DNA from: Lepidodermella squamata | Taxonomy: Eukaryota; Animalia; Gastrotricha | Direction of reading: 5' to 3' | NCBI GenBank assembly: GCA_047495785.1 | Contig: JBLDXI010000055.1 | Location: forward strand, 558,001 to 622,000 | DNA: 64,000 nucleotides | Shown here: piece by piece, positions 1-15,775 of the stretch | Layout of the letters: each line of letters begins with the position of its first letter | How positions within the stretch are numbered: position 1 is the first letter of the stretch | Translations under genes and position numbers: made by a program | The notes under the pieces: model-generated | The model's database searches: none | Told to the model about the DNA's origin: nothing | Seen by the model: the letters and a program-made list of their open reading frames with translations, nothing else

Positions 1-2546
<2,546 letters not shown>

Positions 2547-2970
2547 ACTCGCGGTGCCTAAATATTGACTACTTATAGTTTTGCAATTTTTTATTATGCT
2601 TCCGATGATTATGCATCCGATGAGTTTACTTCTAAGAATTTTCTGATTTGCAGCACTCTAGCTCAGAGAACCTCAGAGATCGTTTTGTGAGGATAAGGCA
2701 TACCTATAGGTGTATCTGAGCTGAAGGGCTACTTCTCATGACAATTTTAGTTATTTTCTATATAAATTTTTCTTCGCTCAACATTATTTATTTCTGCTTT
2801 TTTCCGGTCGTTTCAACTGCATTTGTTGGCGAAAACGCGGTGAATATTTCCGAATTCCCGATTCCTGATGAGACTGAAGAGACTTCTCAATACCATTTAT
2901 TTCTCATGGGCCAGTTGATACTATAGAAGAGTAATTACAGTGAGCAAGTTTTGAAGAAATAAACTTGAAG

Positions 2971-5229
2971 TTAATCGGGAGTTTGTCCAATAGATTCGTC
3001 CGAAGTGCTCTGAATTTCCACGTTACCTTCATCTGCAGATGCCTCCTGAGCGGCCTCCTCTTCCACATCTTCTTCGATGGCTGCTCCGCGTCGCAAATTA
3101 TGATGATCGTAATTGTGATCTTGCCCGGCGCGGCTCATTCGACGCCGCAGCGATCCCCCGCCACTCCTCTCAGAAAACATGTTCAACGGACCCGCTGAAA
3201 AATCCCATATGGCAATTAAAAACTCAGGGTTGAATCAATTCACCTATTGAAAATCTTCTTTTGTCGCCCGAGACACTCATCAGCCGCTTCAGTGTAGCTA
3301 AACGCCGGCTTGCTTTTACCATCCCGCTGACAGCGCTTGTTTCGTATTTAGGATTTACCTCAGCCCCACTGGCACCAATGTAGGCTACGACCATTCGCTT
3401 TTGAAGCTTTGAATGGGATCTGCGGTAAATTTTGCTGACAATGTACTCGGCGATTTCGAGAAATGTCAAGATCGAAAAGCCACAAAACAAATTGAATTGG
3501 CCACCCATGTCAGCTAAATAAAATCACATATACTTATTTCAAGTTAAAGGAAAAATTGAAGTTTACCGAAGAAACTGCCAAGTGGGTAAGCCTCGGAGGC
3601 TGACCTTGTGATATACTTGAACTCTTCAAAATAAACTGCGATATGAAGCCAGTTTTTTCGAAATTCCTCTGTAGCCATGCGTTTTCGCTTCCCGTCAAAT
3701 AGCAAATTCATCAATTTATCTGCCGCGGCTACATTGGGCAGTTGGGCATAAGTTGCCTGAAAGCCATAATGCGACATTTTACAGGCTGGCGGACATTGCG
3801 AGACACAAGCTGCACGGTCGCTTTCATCTTAGTGAAAATAAAACAAAATTTAACATTGGTAGTACAATTTTTTTGCATACCTATTTCCCAATATTGGCAA
3901 TAGGTAGTTCTAGCGATGCCGCAAATTTTGTCAGTCGGTCGATCGCGCAAAAACCAAGGACGGCAACCACATTTCGCTATGTTGCGGCGTGTTTCGCACA
4001 TCACCTGGCAGTTCTTAATGCTGTAGCTGTTGTACGGAGATCGCAGATCAATGTAGCCCTCGGAACATTCCATCCAAGGTTTCTTATTGAATGTTTCTGT
4101 CTAAAAACAATTCACTTTTGTATGAAAGACACGCTAGTTCGCAATTCTATACTTGAGACAGTTTAATAGGGATGAAAGCGGCATAGCCAGGCAATGCCGA
4201 TACGCCAATATTAGGATCCGGTACTTCAAACGGCGGTTGAACTATCACTTTCACGCCCGCTTCGCTGCCCTGTTCGCCAAGCAGCGAGTACGTAGTGTAT
4301 TCGTCCTGCTCGATGTTCAAGTAAAGCGAAAGACCAGCCTCGCTACCCGGAATCGTCTGGAATGGGGCCGAACTGTTGCGGAATCCCCGGAATGTGAAGC
4401 ATCTACCAGCTCGAGTGAACACCTCCTCAAAATCTGACGCATAGCACCTGTTACCAGCGAATGAGCAAAGTAGAATATCGTCGGTCAGATTCCAAGTTTG
4501 TGAAGAGATCCAGCTCATTACGTCAAACTCATCAACTGATTAGATTATAAAAAATGGAATAAAAAATAATTCAGCTTACTGTCATTTCTATCGAGGTATA
4601 GTCGCTCTTTTCTTTCGAATTTGAGTAATAGGTCATGTAAAATTTTCGCAAGCGGTTTCGTGGAGACTGACTGTCGATAGCTATTAACAGTTCGTCGAAT
4701 TTCCTTGACTACGTCAACGGAAAAATTAGTCAACAAAGCTCGATCAAAGTCTCGTAGTGACCGCTTTTGGAACGTGTTGAAGTTGCATATTGTTACCTTA
4801 AAGGAGAAAATTACTTTCACCGAAAATTAAGGCAGAAACATACTGCAGGGAATTCCATCTTATTCGTATACGTGACAGATATGTCAGTTTTCAGCGGGAA
4901 ATCGAGAAATGTCTTCACGCGTTCACTGCAAGTTAAAAAAGTTAGATACTTGCTGCGATTTAATGATCTGGACTAACCTCACTTGCCAAATACAGACCGA
5001 AAACCAGAACGCGACAATCAAGACCCAAAGTGAACGCCGTAGTACTCCTCCAACGATGAACATTCTGGAAAGGCCGTGACACTGCAAAATCTCAAGATCA
5101 AACGTCCATAGCCGGATTTCTAACCATTTTTACCGTCGTCGAATTCGCCATGTCCCGATCTGTGCCATCTATGCACGTGGTCCAATTGAGATGTTTCAAG
5201 AATTCGCTCCTTTTCTTATTTATTCTCAT
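2971..5229 (-). CDS. DEG/ENaC (ASIC/degenerin-family) channel subunit
   Basis: Spliced N-terminus ANSTT|CHGLSR (HG motif) followed by TM1 (RRSLWVLIVAFWFSVCIWQ); FPAV/VTICNFN; GRCFTF; GLSLYLNIEQDEY; GVKVIVQ; Cys-rich thumb (CQVMC, KCGC); TM2 DMGGQFNLFCGFSILTFLE. Last intron 3195-3243 joins the 2971-3194 tail exon in frame. ATG at 5229 is inferred. Confidence 0.93.
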
Positions 5230-5894
5230 GTTTATAAATTGTAACCCGTGTGTACCTACTCGTGGCTCGTGGAAGTGTTTATTTCAAATGTCAGATCAAC
5301 ATTATAGCTTGAAATTGGGCGACTGCTTCAATTATACAGTAAAATATATGCCTCGTCAATTGAAATGCGCCCTAAATTATTATTTATTCCTGTTATTTCA
5401 GCCGGCGTATTCCTTCCTGTCCTCACTGCCGGCTGAAAAATTCGCAAAATGAACGAAACGTGGAAGCGGCTTCATAAATCTTTAAAAAACTAACACCCAT
5501 TCATTCGTTGGTCGATAGCGTGGAGTGGAGAGAATTTCGAGATTCGAGTCTGGCAGCTATCATCTTTCAGCGATAAAACTGGTGAGCATATATAGTAATG
5601 GTTACACATCTAATCAAACTTCGTATAATAGCCCTTTACTTGCGTAATGATTTCCACCCGTAATAATCAAGCTATGCAGACTAATAATGCGCTTTCTTTT
5701 CGCCGTGCTTGAATTATTTATCGCCAGCGAGCGCCGTGAAAAGGAAAACAGAAAAAAAGCGCGCTATTCTTAAATAATTCCTGTACGGTAAATATCGATT
5801 CTACACATAAGCATGTTCAATAAATTGCTACTAACTGCTTGAACGAAGGCAGAACCACACGAATAACTCTTCCTTTGGCATTTTCCAGACAAGA

Positions 5895-7783
5895 ATGAAC
5901 ATCGCAGCGATGAGTTGTATACACCAGACAAATTGCGAAATTACAGATCCATCAGCCTCGAATATGCATGCCGATCCAGTTGCCTATCAAACGATTCTAA
6001 ATCACAATATTTCAAGCCATTCCTCAACTCGGATCGACGCCTATTCAATCGAAAAGTTCATTTCCTGCGAAGCTGAACGCCTCGGAAGCCTAGGAAATTA
6101 TATCGCAACTAATGGTTCCTCGGCGAGGTGCGAAAATGAGCTAATACCTCATGCCGTGACTCTGCTTACAGCTGCTATTGCTTTACGAAAAGATCGGCCG
6201 AAATTTTACAGTGACCGGTCGTTCTGCTACTCCAAAATTGGTCGTTACTCTGAGGCTGTGCAAGACGCTGATCTGGCTCTGAAACTGGACCCATCCTCGT
6301 TTGATGCTCTTTACCGAAAAGCGTCAGCCTTACTGGCTTTAAAACGGTTAAGCGAGGCTGATAAAGTTGCTGCTGAGATGCTGAAATCAGCTAACGGCGA
6401 GAACAACAAAGCCAGTGCAATGAAACTGACCGAAGAAATTCGCCGGTGTAAATCAAGCGAAATTAGGTCATCGCTATCGAATATGGATGAGTCAGCAAAC
6501 ATTGAAAACGCGATGGAGGCTAATAATAACGGTGATTCATCATGGCCTATGTTTAATTGGGAAGACCCGACTTCTGCGATTTACTTAGCGGGCCATAGAG
6601 CATCGACGGTAAGCCAGGGCGGCGAATCTGTTCACTTTATTCTTGGCGGAGATGACGACGAAGAAACTGTAGTTGGCGAAAACCGTCCAACCTCAACATC
6701 TACGTCTAAGGCACAACTGGTTTCTTTGATATCATCGGACGACGTCTTTGCAGAGCCTGAAGCTACATCTTCTAGAAAAGGTAAACTATTATTTTAATAA
6801 ATTGGTGTAAAAATAACATACAAATTCGTCCTATAGTGGATTTGGCAGGGGCAAAGGGCTGCGAGACATTTTCTTCATTCTACTCTGCTGGAGACGATTG
6901 GTCACCCAAAAGTAGCATCAGCTCTACATCCACACAGCACGGCTCTCAAGAGCTTCTGAAATCAAGTTCGCTGTCTTCAATGAGGAAGGACAGCGTTGAG
7001 AGTGCTGAAGGAACTCCCCGCCTTCGTCCCGCGAACTCAATCTCAATCAACTCATTTAAAAGCGCAGATTTCAAACCGCCCAGTTTAGAACTTATCAACT
7101 CGGCACTGATGAAGGAATCACCCTTCCCGCCGCCTCCATCGCCGAATCCAACCGCCCTGGCTTACTCTAAGAACATGCCGTTCCTAGTGCCCAACAAGCC
7201 AACTCGAGTGATCGCTGTGAGATTGGACGCTACAACCATGCCGTTTCATTGTTTTGTCGATAGAATTTACGACAGAGTCTACACGGTTGTTAGGAACGAC
7301 TTCTCATTTTACAAAATGGTTGGCTGGAACTACTGCTTCATTCGCTTCGCCACGCCCATAGCCGCTCAGCTTGCGTTGAAAGTTATCAAAGGCGCGTTGG
7401 GATTCGATGCTGGCCTGGCTCTCAGCATCGCGCCGTCGAAATCCTCGATGATATCCTTACTCCAATCGGGCGAGTCTGCCGATAACAACCCGCATAACAT
7501 CGCTGGCGACTGTTCTTATAACAAATTTTCGCTCACTGAAAAGTCATCTCTCCTCAGGCTAGATAACGTTGACGAGTCAGTGTCGACGGAAGATTTGTTT
7601 CGCTTGTTTTCCAACGTCGACAAAGTTTGGCGAGAAGGTTGCTGCTTTCCGGCTTCTTCGTCAATTGTCTACGCCAAGTTTCAGAGTTCTGACGACGCTA
7701 ATACAGCCTTCGATAAGTACCAAGGACATGTAATGCAAAACGCTGATATCGTGATCCGATTTGCTTCGCCAATAAAATGTTGA
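5895..7783 (+). CDS. TPR-repeat + RRM protein, paralog 1 (TTC31-like architecture)
   Basis: Exons 5895-6780 and 6837-7783 (phase-1 GT-AG intron). TPR helices (FYSDRSFCYSKIGRYSEAVQDADLALKLDP...LYRKASAL), Ser-rich linker, C-terminal RRM-like units (YCFIRF; LLRLDNVD...VYAKF...YQG...IVIRFA). Visibly similar to the genes at 25103 and 31722. Confidence 0.85.
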
Positions 7784-8144
7784 GATGAAGCTGAGTAAAA
7801 AATAAATCACGAAATTTGCCTACAGCGTTACACTTTTTTTGCCCTAGGTCAATTGTCTTGTTTTTTTTTCCATTAGTACAGCGTTGTCCGTTTAGCCTAT
7901 TCAAGAAGTTTGGCCATAAAAACTACTGCGTAGTTGCTAATTTTTAAAGCTTTGACAAAAAAAACTATTAAAGTTAGACTATCTGTAACTTATGGAGAGC
8001 GCGTTTGGTACTTAACGACAGCTTAAAGCAAACATGTTTGTCAAGTGCGATGATTCATTAGCGTTGACGCGTTTGCTTTTTTCGTTTCGGGTATGCCCGG
8101 GTACACCTCTTAGCTTAGCGCCAACTTTTTGCATCTTTCGGGCG

Positions 8145-8151
8145 TATAAAA
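8145..8151 (+). promoter_or_regulatory. Candidate TATA box of pump paralog 2
   Basis: TATAAAA about 170 bp upstream of ATG 8317; motif and position only. Confidence 0.4.
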
Positions 8152-8316
8152 GACGGTCTGTTCACATGGTTAGCAGTCATTTTCACTCCGGCATGCTCTA
8201 CTGTGACTACTCAGGCCAGATTTATAGCAAGCAGCACTTCTTACAGCTCGAATCCACCTTGAACGCAACTGCAGCAGCAATTCTTGACGTCACTTTCGTG
8301 AAACTCGCCAATACCG

Positions 8317-11300
8317 ATGGAGCGTTTTCGAGCGAGTAATTCATCGCATGAACTTCATCGCCTAGATCGCGATGGCGAAGCTAATCAGTACAAAGGAATT
8401 CTGCACATGGGCAGCGTTGACAAGATCCATTCCGACGTGATCGATGCAGAAGTTGGAATGGGACATGCTTTCAAACGTCAAGTAACAATGACTGGATCTA
8501 TCGAAAGCATCAATGATTCAGATCATTCGCATCATCACAGGCGAGGCTCACACAGTTCCGGGTCGACCAATGCATCCCGCCGAACGAGTCTCGCGTCGAT
8601 ATTCGCATATCCTGTACGAGGATATAGCCGAAATTCTGTGCTCTCGCTGGAGCAAGTTCAGCGTGATACCAAGTCGCAGCTGATTGAGAAGTGCTGTGGA
8701 AGTCTATGCATCAGCAACACGGACGAGATGAGTGATTTAAAGCAAGAGGCGGCGTCTGACTACCACAAAATACCATTGCGTGCTCTCTATCGAAGACTTG
8801 ACGCGAACCCCGTGGCCGGGTTGACAGATGCCGAGGTTCGAGATCGCATCGATAGGTTCGGATTCAACCGAATGCAGCCACCGCCCACAATTCCCGAGTG
8901 GTACAAATTCGGCAGGCAAATGCTAGGTGGCTTCTGCATCTTGCTGTGGGTTGCGGCTATTTTATGCTGGATTGCGTATGGAATTCAATTGTCAACCATG
9001 GATTTCGCACCCTTGGATAACTTGATTGTCGGCGTGGTGATTGCTGTAGTTGTAAGTCACATACCTATATCAACTAATCTCAGGGTAAACCATACACTTC
9101 TTTTCTTACAGATCATTCTCTCCGCAATATTTGCATACTTTCAAGAAGCCAAGTCTACGAAGATTATGGAATCTTTTACAAAGTGCTTACCCCAGTATGC
9201 TCTTGCCGTCAGAAATAACGAAGAAATTGACGTTCCACTGGAAGAACTTGTCCCAGGTGATATCATAAAAATCAAAGGCGGAGATAGGATTCCAGCTGAT
9301 GCTCGAATCATCCAATGCAGCTCTCTGAAAGTTGACAATTCCGCCTTAACTGGTGAATCTGAGCCCCAGTCTCGCTCCACTGAATGCACGCATGAGATAG
9401 CTCTGGAAACCAGAAACATGATGTTTTTCTCCACATTCGGTGTTGAAGGTAAGACTTGGAACTTCCAGCGATTTGCCGGGATCGTCCATTTGCCTTTTCC
9501 AGGCACAGCTACAGGGATAGTTGTGGCAACTGGAGACAAAACTGTTATGGGTAGAATCGCTCGACTTACAACTGGCATAGCTCAGAAACCTACTCCGCTA
9601 TCCATTGAAATGACTCAGTTTGTCACGATCATATCAGGTAAGGAAAAACCTTCAAGTCAAATTAGTTTCTGGTAACTTTTTAATCGTCCTTTTTAGTTGC
9701 ATCCGTCTTTCTGGGAGGCCTGATCTTGGTGATTATTCTACCGATTGGCATTCACTGGCTTGTGGGGATCATTTTCATTGTCGGCCTTTTTGTCGGAAAC
9801 GTACCTGAAGGAGCCATTATAGAAGTCACAGTTTGCTTGACTCTAGCTGCAAAGCGAATGGTATCTCTTTCCGTGTAGCTTTTATAACTAGTTGTAAAAA
9901 AATTCTTTGAGCCCAGGCGAAACAAAACGCGTTGGTGAAGAACTTGGAAGCAGTTGAAACCCTCGGCTCGACAAGTGTGATATGCTCGGATAAAACCGGA
10001 ACTTTGACTCAAAATCGCATGACCGTCTCGCATCTGTGGTTCAACAATCGAATTTACGACGCCGATATATCTTCTCAGCAACTGCTCAGCAATTACGACA
10101 AGACAAGCGATTCATGGCTTGCTCTGCACCGAATAACAGCCCTTTGCAACAGAGCTGTGTTCAGGCCTGGTCAAAAGGACGTTGATGTCATGGAGCGTGA
10201 ATGTGTTGGCGACGGATCGGAATGTGCTCTCCTGAAATTCGCCGAGCAGTCTTTTGCTGGGAAGACAACGGTAGATGACAACCACCGCTTATGGCCCAAA
10301 ATCGTCGAAATCCCATTCAATTCTACAACGAAGACGCAGGTTTCGATACACAAAGTGCCGTCGGGATTTTCAGCTACTTGTCCTTTTCATTTGGTGATGA
10401 AAGGCGCCCCGGAACGTATAATCGACGCATGTTCTACCGCGCTGACCGAAGATGGTGAGGTTCAAATTGATGATGATTTCAGAGCCAAGTTCAAAAAGGC
10501 TTACGAGGATATGGGCGGGATGGGGGAGCGTGTTTTGGGATTCTGCGATTATTCACTCCCACCCCACGTTTACCCTCCTAGCTATAAATTTGTGACCGAG
10601 CCTGAGGCTAACTTTCCTGTATCCGGCCTCAGATTCGTCGGACTCATCTCCCTGATCGATCCTCCGAGACCTTCAGTCCCTGAAGCTGTTCGCCGTTGCC
10701 GCCAGGCTGGAATTCGTGTAATCATGGTCACCGGAGATCATCCGATAACGGCGAAAGCTATTGCGAAAGCTGTTAACATTCTATCGCCTGATGCTAGGAC
10801 CGTTCAAGAATTGGCGAAGGAACGGGCTGTACCTGTTGATCAGATTGATAAGAGACACGCAAAAGCTGCGGTCATTAGCGGCGAGGAGCTTCGCGAGATG
10901 AGCGCCCATCAGCTAGATGAAGTCATTCGGACTCATCCTGAAATCGTGTTCGCAAGAACTTCTCCCCAACAAAAAATGATGATAGTCGAAGGGTTCCAGA
11001 GATGTGGCAACATCGTTGCGGTTACTGGTGACGGAGTTAACGACTCCCCAGCTTTGAAACGAGCTGATATCGGCATTGCTATGGGCATCACTGGGTCAGA
11101 CGTGTCGAAACAAGCAGCTGACATGGTGCTGATGGACGACAACTTTGCGACCATTGTCTTCGCAGTCGAAGAAGGCCGGTTGCTTTTCGATAATCTGAAG
11201 AAAACCACGTGCTACATTTTGGCGTCGAGCGTGACCTGCGATGTGCCTCCTATCATCTACATTCTTTTCGGATTTCCTCTACCGCTTGGAACAATCGCTA

Positions 11301-12070
11301 TGCTGATTATTCCACTGGGCACTGACTTCTTCCCAGCTATTGTTTTTGCTTATGAAAATAAGGAAGCTGACATTATGCTGAGGAAACCTCGTGATCCGAA
11401 GGTTCGTGCTTCAATCTCTTCTCATTTGAACTGATAATATGAGTTTGCTATGCTATAGAAAGACAAACTTGTTGGAGCAGCGATGATGTCGGTTTCTTAT
11501 GGGCAGAATGGGATTTTACTATCAGTTGGAGGCATTTTCGCGTACATGATCATGATGGCTGAATACGGCTGGCTTCCAGACCGCCTATGGATGATTCGTG
11601 ACTCTTGGGAAGCTTCAGGCAACAACAATCTAGTTGATTCTTACGGTCAGGAATGGACTTTTGACCAGCGGATGAAGTGCCAGTACCATGGCTATTCGAC
11701 ATGCTTCATCGGGATCGTCGTTATGCAGGTAAGAATCTCCTCCCCAAGGGGATAAGATTGACTGATATCCTTTTTACTTTTTTAGTGGTGTGGTCTTGTC
11801 GTGAATAAAACTCGCCGCATGTCCATTTTCGATCACGGCTGGCGAAATCACTACCAAACGTTCGCGCTTACTTTCGAAACATGTCTTGCCGTTCTTGTTG
11901 TTTACTGCCCTGGTCTGAACGATTTGATCAGCATGCTCGAGGTTGTTGGGCTGCATTGGCTGTGCGCCTGCCCGTTCGCGCTATTTCTCTTTGTCTACGA
12001 TTACCTGAGAAAGTATGCCATTCGAAATTCGAAGCCGGGATCTTTCTGGCATCGCGAACTGTACCTGTAA
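8317..12070 (+). CDS. Na+/K+-ATPase alpha-like P2C ATPase, paralog 2 (complete; non-canonical ion-binding site)
   Basis: Seven exons separated by short GT-AG introns. [85 protein letters not shown]. Highly similar to paralog 1 over the shared region. Confidence 0.96.
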
Positions 12071-12145
12071 AAACAGTTTATTATAATCTTAAAAAAATAA
12101 TAATACCGCAGGATCAAGCTAATAGCATGTCAGCACTTATTTCAG

Positions 12146-12162
12146 ATCATTTTTAGGTCGTA
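12146..12162. repeat. Dispersed 17-bp motif ATCATTTTTAGGTCGTA, copy 1
   Basis: Identical 17-mer at 12146, 15056 and 15776. Confidence 0.8.
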
Positions 12163-12364
12163 ATATTTAATATTAATAAAATATTAATTTGAAAATGGTA
12201 TGGGATGCTGTTTATTTCATTGGAAAAATACTTTACGACATCATATGTTTTCGCGTGGGTTTGCGGAAAAAATCCGCCGTAAAATTATTATATCATAAGC
12301 AGTGGCATTCTAAATAACAGGTTTTCTTAATCCGAAAAATTCCTAATAACTGTCAAGTATTCTT

Positions 12365-14062
12365 TTAGAGTCTTGGTCTCATTTTCAGCGCCAAATCAAC
12401 GGTCGGCAACATCATCACGTGATCGACCCGAACAGGTATCGTTTTCACAAAACTGCCATCTTTTGAGGCTGGCAACAGCTCGTAAGCTTTCAGAAGCGTA
12501 ACTAGGGCGAATTTAACTTCGAACAGGACAAGATTAGTGCCTAAACATTTTCTTGGCCCGATGCCAAAAGTCAAAAAGGCACTCTGCGGCCTGCTCGACG
12601 CCGTTGGGTAGTCTGGCATGAAGCGTTCCGGATGAAAGGTTGCCGTATCCACCGGACCCCAACGTTCAGGATCGTGATGTATAGCATAGGTATCAATTTG
12701 AATATGCCTTAGACCTTGGCATTTGATGGCATGGCCGCAAATTGTTACGTCATCATCGTCATCATTCAGTGGAGGCAAACGGTTCGTCAAGTTGACAGCC
12801 GCCGGGTAGAGACGCGCTGCTTCGTTGAACACGGCGTTAAGGTAAGGCATCCGTTCCATCAAATGGCTATAGATATCGTCGCCAAGATTCTTAAGCTCGG
12901 GATCATGTTGCGTAATTTCGTCGTACAGTTTCATTTGAACTTCGGGATGATTAGCCAAAAGATGCAAGATTAGGGACATGGTCGTTCCGCTGGTTTCATA
13001 CCCAGCCATCATGAACCCCATCAGGTTGCAACACAGCTGCTCATCGCTCAAAAATAGCTGTTTTTTAAGGTTAGAATCCCACACTGGGCAATCCGATAAA
13101 AGCTGAACAAGATCGCGGCATTTATTTTCGTTTCCAGCATTTTGGCGCCTTGAAGCTATAGTGTTAGCCATGTAAGTTAAAAGCACGTTAACGGGGCCGA
13201 AAAGGCCACCTTTAGCGGCTTCGATGTCTCGCTGATTGGCAAGAAAACTTTCGCCGTTTTTCCGCATTTTCACGGCGAAATATGCGAATGTTTTCAGAAA
13301 CACACCCAAGCCAGGTAAAATTGTGATTAGGCGAAAAACAGCCGGGGGCTGGTTGCAAAACATGTGAAACATTTGTTGACAAGATTCGAAGACAAGTTCG
13401 CCATAGCGCCGCTTTTCCTCATCATCTTCCGAGCTGGACGCAGGTTCCAGGAGTTTCAAATCTATGCTAAAAGCGACAAGGCCTAGGAATTGAAGCGCGA
13501 AACGTTGGCATAATGTCCTGATGTTGTCCACATATAAAATGCCGTCGTTTTCTTCAAAGTTGGTGTTTTTGAGGCTGTCAACCAGTTGGCGACAAGTTTG
13601 ACCTAGGAAGGGAGACATCTGACGCAATCTGGACCCTCTGAAGAAACTCGAGGCGGCAAGGCGTGGCCGACGCCAGTGATCATGACGCGACATGAAAATG
13701 TTAGCCAACGGGTCAGTTGGGTCAAGGTCGCCGTCTGGTTGTAGGTTAGCTGCAACCATTCGCCCGCCGAATATGCTAGCCTGATTGAGGCAAACCTGTT
13801 CAGCTGCCTCTAAACAAGCCAGCATTAGCACAGGTTGCGAACCTTCGTAGCAACCGTAGATAGGGCCGTATTGGCGTGACCATTCAAGGGTGACCAAATG
13901 CCGATCGTCGCGCCACAGGTCGAGCGAATTGCCGTAGAACCAGTGCGGCTGCGGACCGTCGATGCCGAGGCGGGTCCAGAAGCGATGTGCCCAGAACCTG
14001 CGGTAGACGTAGAAGCCGAAGAGCCATAAAATTAAACCGACAGTTGCTATCAAAGTGATCAT
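12365..14062 (-). CDS. Cytochrome P450, CYP3-clan-like, intronless (565 aa)
   Basis: N-terminal membrane anchor, GIDGPQP proline hinge, WRRPR (WxxxR), I-helix AGYETS, ExxR (EAAR), FHPERF, heme motif FGIGPRKCLG. Confidence 0.95.
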   Translation of the reverse strand: MITLIATVGLILWLFGFYVYRRFWAHRFWTRLGIDGPQPHWFYGNSLDLWRDDRHLVTLEWSRQYGPIYGCYEGSQPVLMLACLEAAEQVCLNQASIFGGRMVAANLQPDGDLDPTDPLANIFMSRHDHWRRPRLAASSFFRGSRLRQMSPFLGQTCRQLVDSLKNTNFEENDGILYVDNIRTLCQRFALQFLGLVAFSIDLKLLEPASSSEDDEEKRRYGELVFESCQQMFHMFCNQPPAVFRLITILPGLGVFLKTFAYFAVKMRKNGESFLANQRDIEAAKGGLFGPVNVLLTYMANTIASRRQNAGNENKCRDLVQLLSDCPVWDSNLKKQLFLSDEQLCCNLMGFMMAGYETSGTTMSLILHLLANHPEVQMKLYDEITQHDPELKNLGDDIYSHLMERMPYLNAVFNEAARLYPAAVNLTNRLPPLNDDDDDVTICGHAIKCQGLRHIQIDTYAIHHDPERWGPVDTATFHPERFMPDYPTASSRPQSAFLTFGIGPRKCLGTNLVLFEVKFALVTLLKAYELLPASKDGSFVKTIPVRVDHVMMLPTVDLALKMRPRL

Positions 14063-15055
14063 GGCACTTATCCGATGTTGTTTTAAAATATGAATTTAGT
14101 TATAGAATAGCAACTGGCAAAGTTAGTATCAAAAACTAAGGTAATCGCGAAATAACTTGATTACTTGACTGATTATTCACAAGTCAGAGTGGGTTTATAT
14201 GCGCGCCGTGTGTGTTAAAGGTGTGGTAAATGAATCATTAGGAATCACTGTTACTATTGGCGCACATCCTTACGGTGGAGTCAATGTGACTCACATCCCC
14301 ATACGTGCACATGTTGGGGCCCAAGTCAGAAACGTGCCCGCACGCCTACAGATATACCCGAGCAGGTACGGGTAATAGCGTTTTGCCCGCCTGCGCTCGG
14401 GCCGTTTGAAATGCGTCCCTCATGCAGCGTTTATTTGTCGTCGATTTAAATAAAAAAATCCCGCATGAGTGAACACAGCTAAGCGCAGGTGTAAGCCTTG
14501 AGAACAATAGATGATGGAACGGCGCATTGTTTTCACACAGTAAAAATAACTTAGTCATCACCGATTACACAAATCATCAGTGATTATACTAACTTTCAGC
14601 GTTAAATCTCGGCAAAACTGAGTTTGCAACTGACAATTTCCGCCAAATTCCGCGATAACCCAGTAAAACAAGTCGGTTGTAAACTCGACAAATGACGGAA
14701 ACAAATGACGTTGAGCACCATTTTGAGGCCTTTCGAGGGTTTCAAGATTATATCGATCAAATTATCGATTTCTTGAATTTGATTTATTTTATTATTTTTC
14801 ATAAAAGCTAAGGCTGGCGAGCTTAAGCCTAGGCCTACGATTTTAGGCATTTTACACTTTTGTTGTCCCTTGCACATGATTAAAGCGACATAACTGCGAG
14901 ACATATTATAAAAAGAATTCCACCATAGAATTCCGTAGATTCCCCAAGAAAAACATGACCTGATTTGGATCAGGACGCCCTCTGTGGGTACCAACGGTGG
15001 GGATTGCACCACTCCCAACTTTCCTGATAGTCACGCATTTATTCCAAGCATTTCA

Positions 15056-15072
15056 ATCATTTTTAGGTCGTA
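15056..15072. repeat. Dispersed 17-bp motif, copy 2
   Basis: Identical to 12146-12162; preceded by ATTTATTCCA, as is copy 3. Confidence 0.8.
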
Positions 15073-15775
15073 GTATTGAATAAAAGCCACATAAAATGGT
15101 ACGGTTGGGTCGTTCTTGGCGCGGGAGCGCGGCTTCAAGCAAAAATTCAAAATTCCCTATCGTGAGCAAAATGGCTTTGCTTGAATTGCTTGTTCTTCCG
15201 CGCCACGAACGGGGTAAGGTTGGTAAAACTGATAAAATAAGAAATAAAATTTAAAAATTGAATAGGTATACATAGCAGAAGGAAAAGCCGGAAAAAGCCT
15301 GGTTTTTTTTATGATCTCTCAGCCTTCTTACAGCGTCCCAGAAGTGCCGCTACTATTTTTAAATTTGGCAACTTTATGAAGAAAATTCAACTAATTTTAT
15401 TAAATTGAACCTCTCGAGAGAATATTCCACCTTTGATCCCGATTTAACCGTAGAAATAACGAGTTTACCGGAGAAAACCCTGAAAACCACTATGGTAACC
15501 CCTACGGTGAGATGACCGGCGTTCGACTGGGAACTGGTTCAGTAATTTTCGTTATTTTACCCAGTTTTGGACCGAATTTTTCAAGACTTGTTCAATCCCA
15601 TTAACAAGAGACATACTTGATTAATATTCTCGTGATTTCTTTTCTGGCCATCAGAGGTGATTTCGTCTTTCATTTTGGAGTATTTGAACCCTTTTCCGTG
15701 TATTTTTTTGCTTGAGTTACTTATGGGCCACGCTGCACGCTAACTACAACTATTTATTCCAGAAATAAATTCGAG

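Noticed and set aside
5505-5560. tRNA/SINE-like A-box and B-box (GATTCGAGTC)
   Set aside because: I could not fold a cloverleaf or acceptor stem; the motif match alone is insufficient.
14346-15018. ORFs of 71 and 138 aa between the P450 and receptor A
   Set aside because: No recognizable motifs, no convincing splice partners, non-ATG starts.
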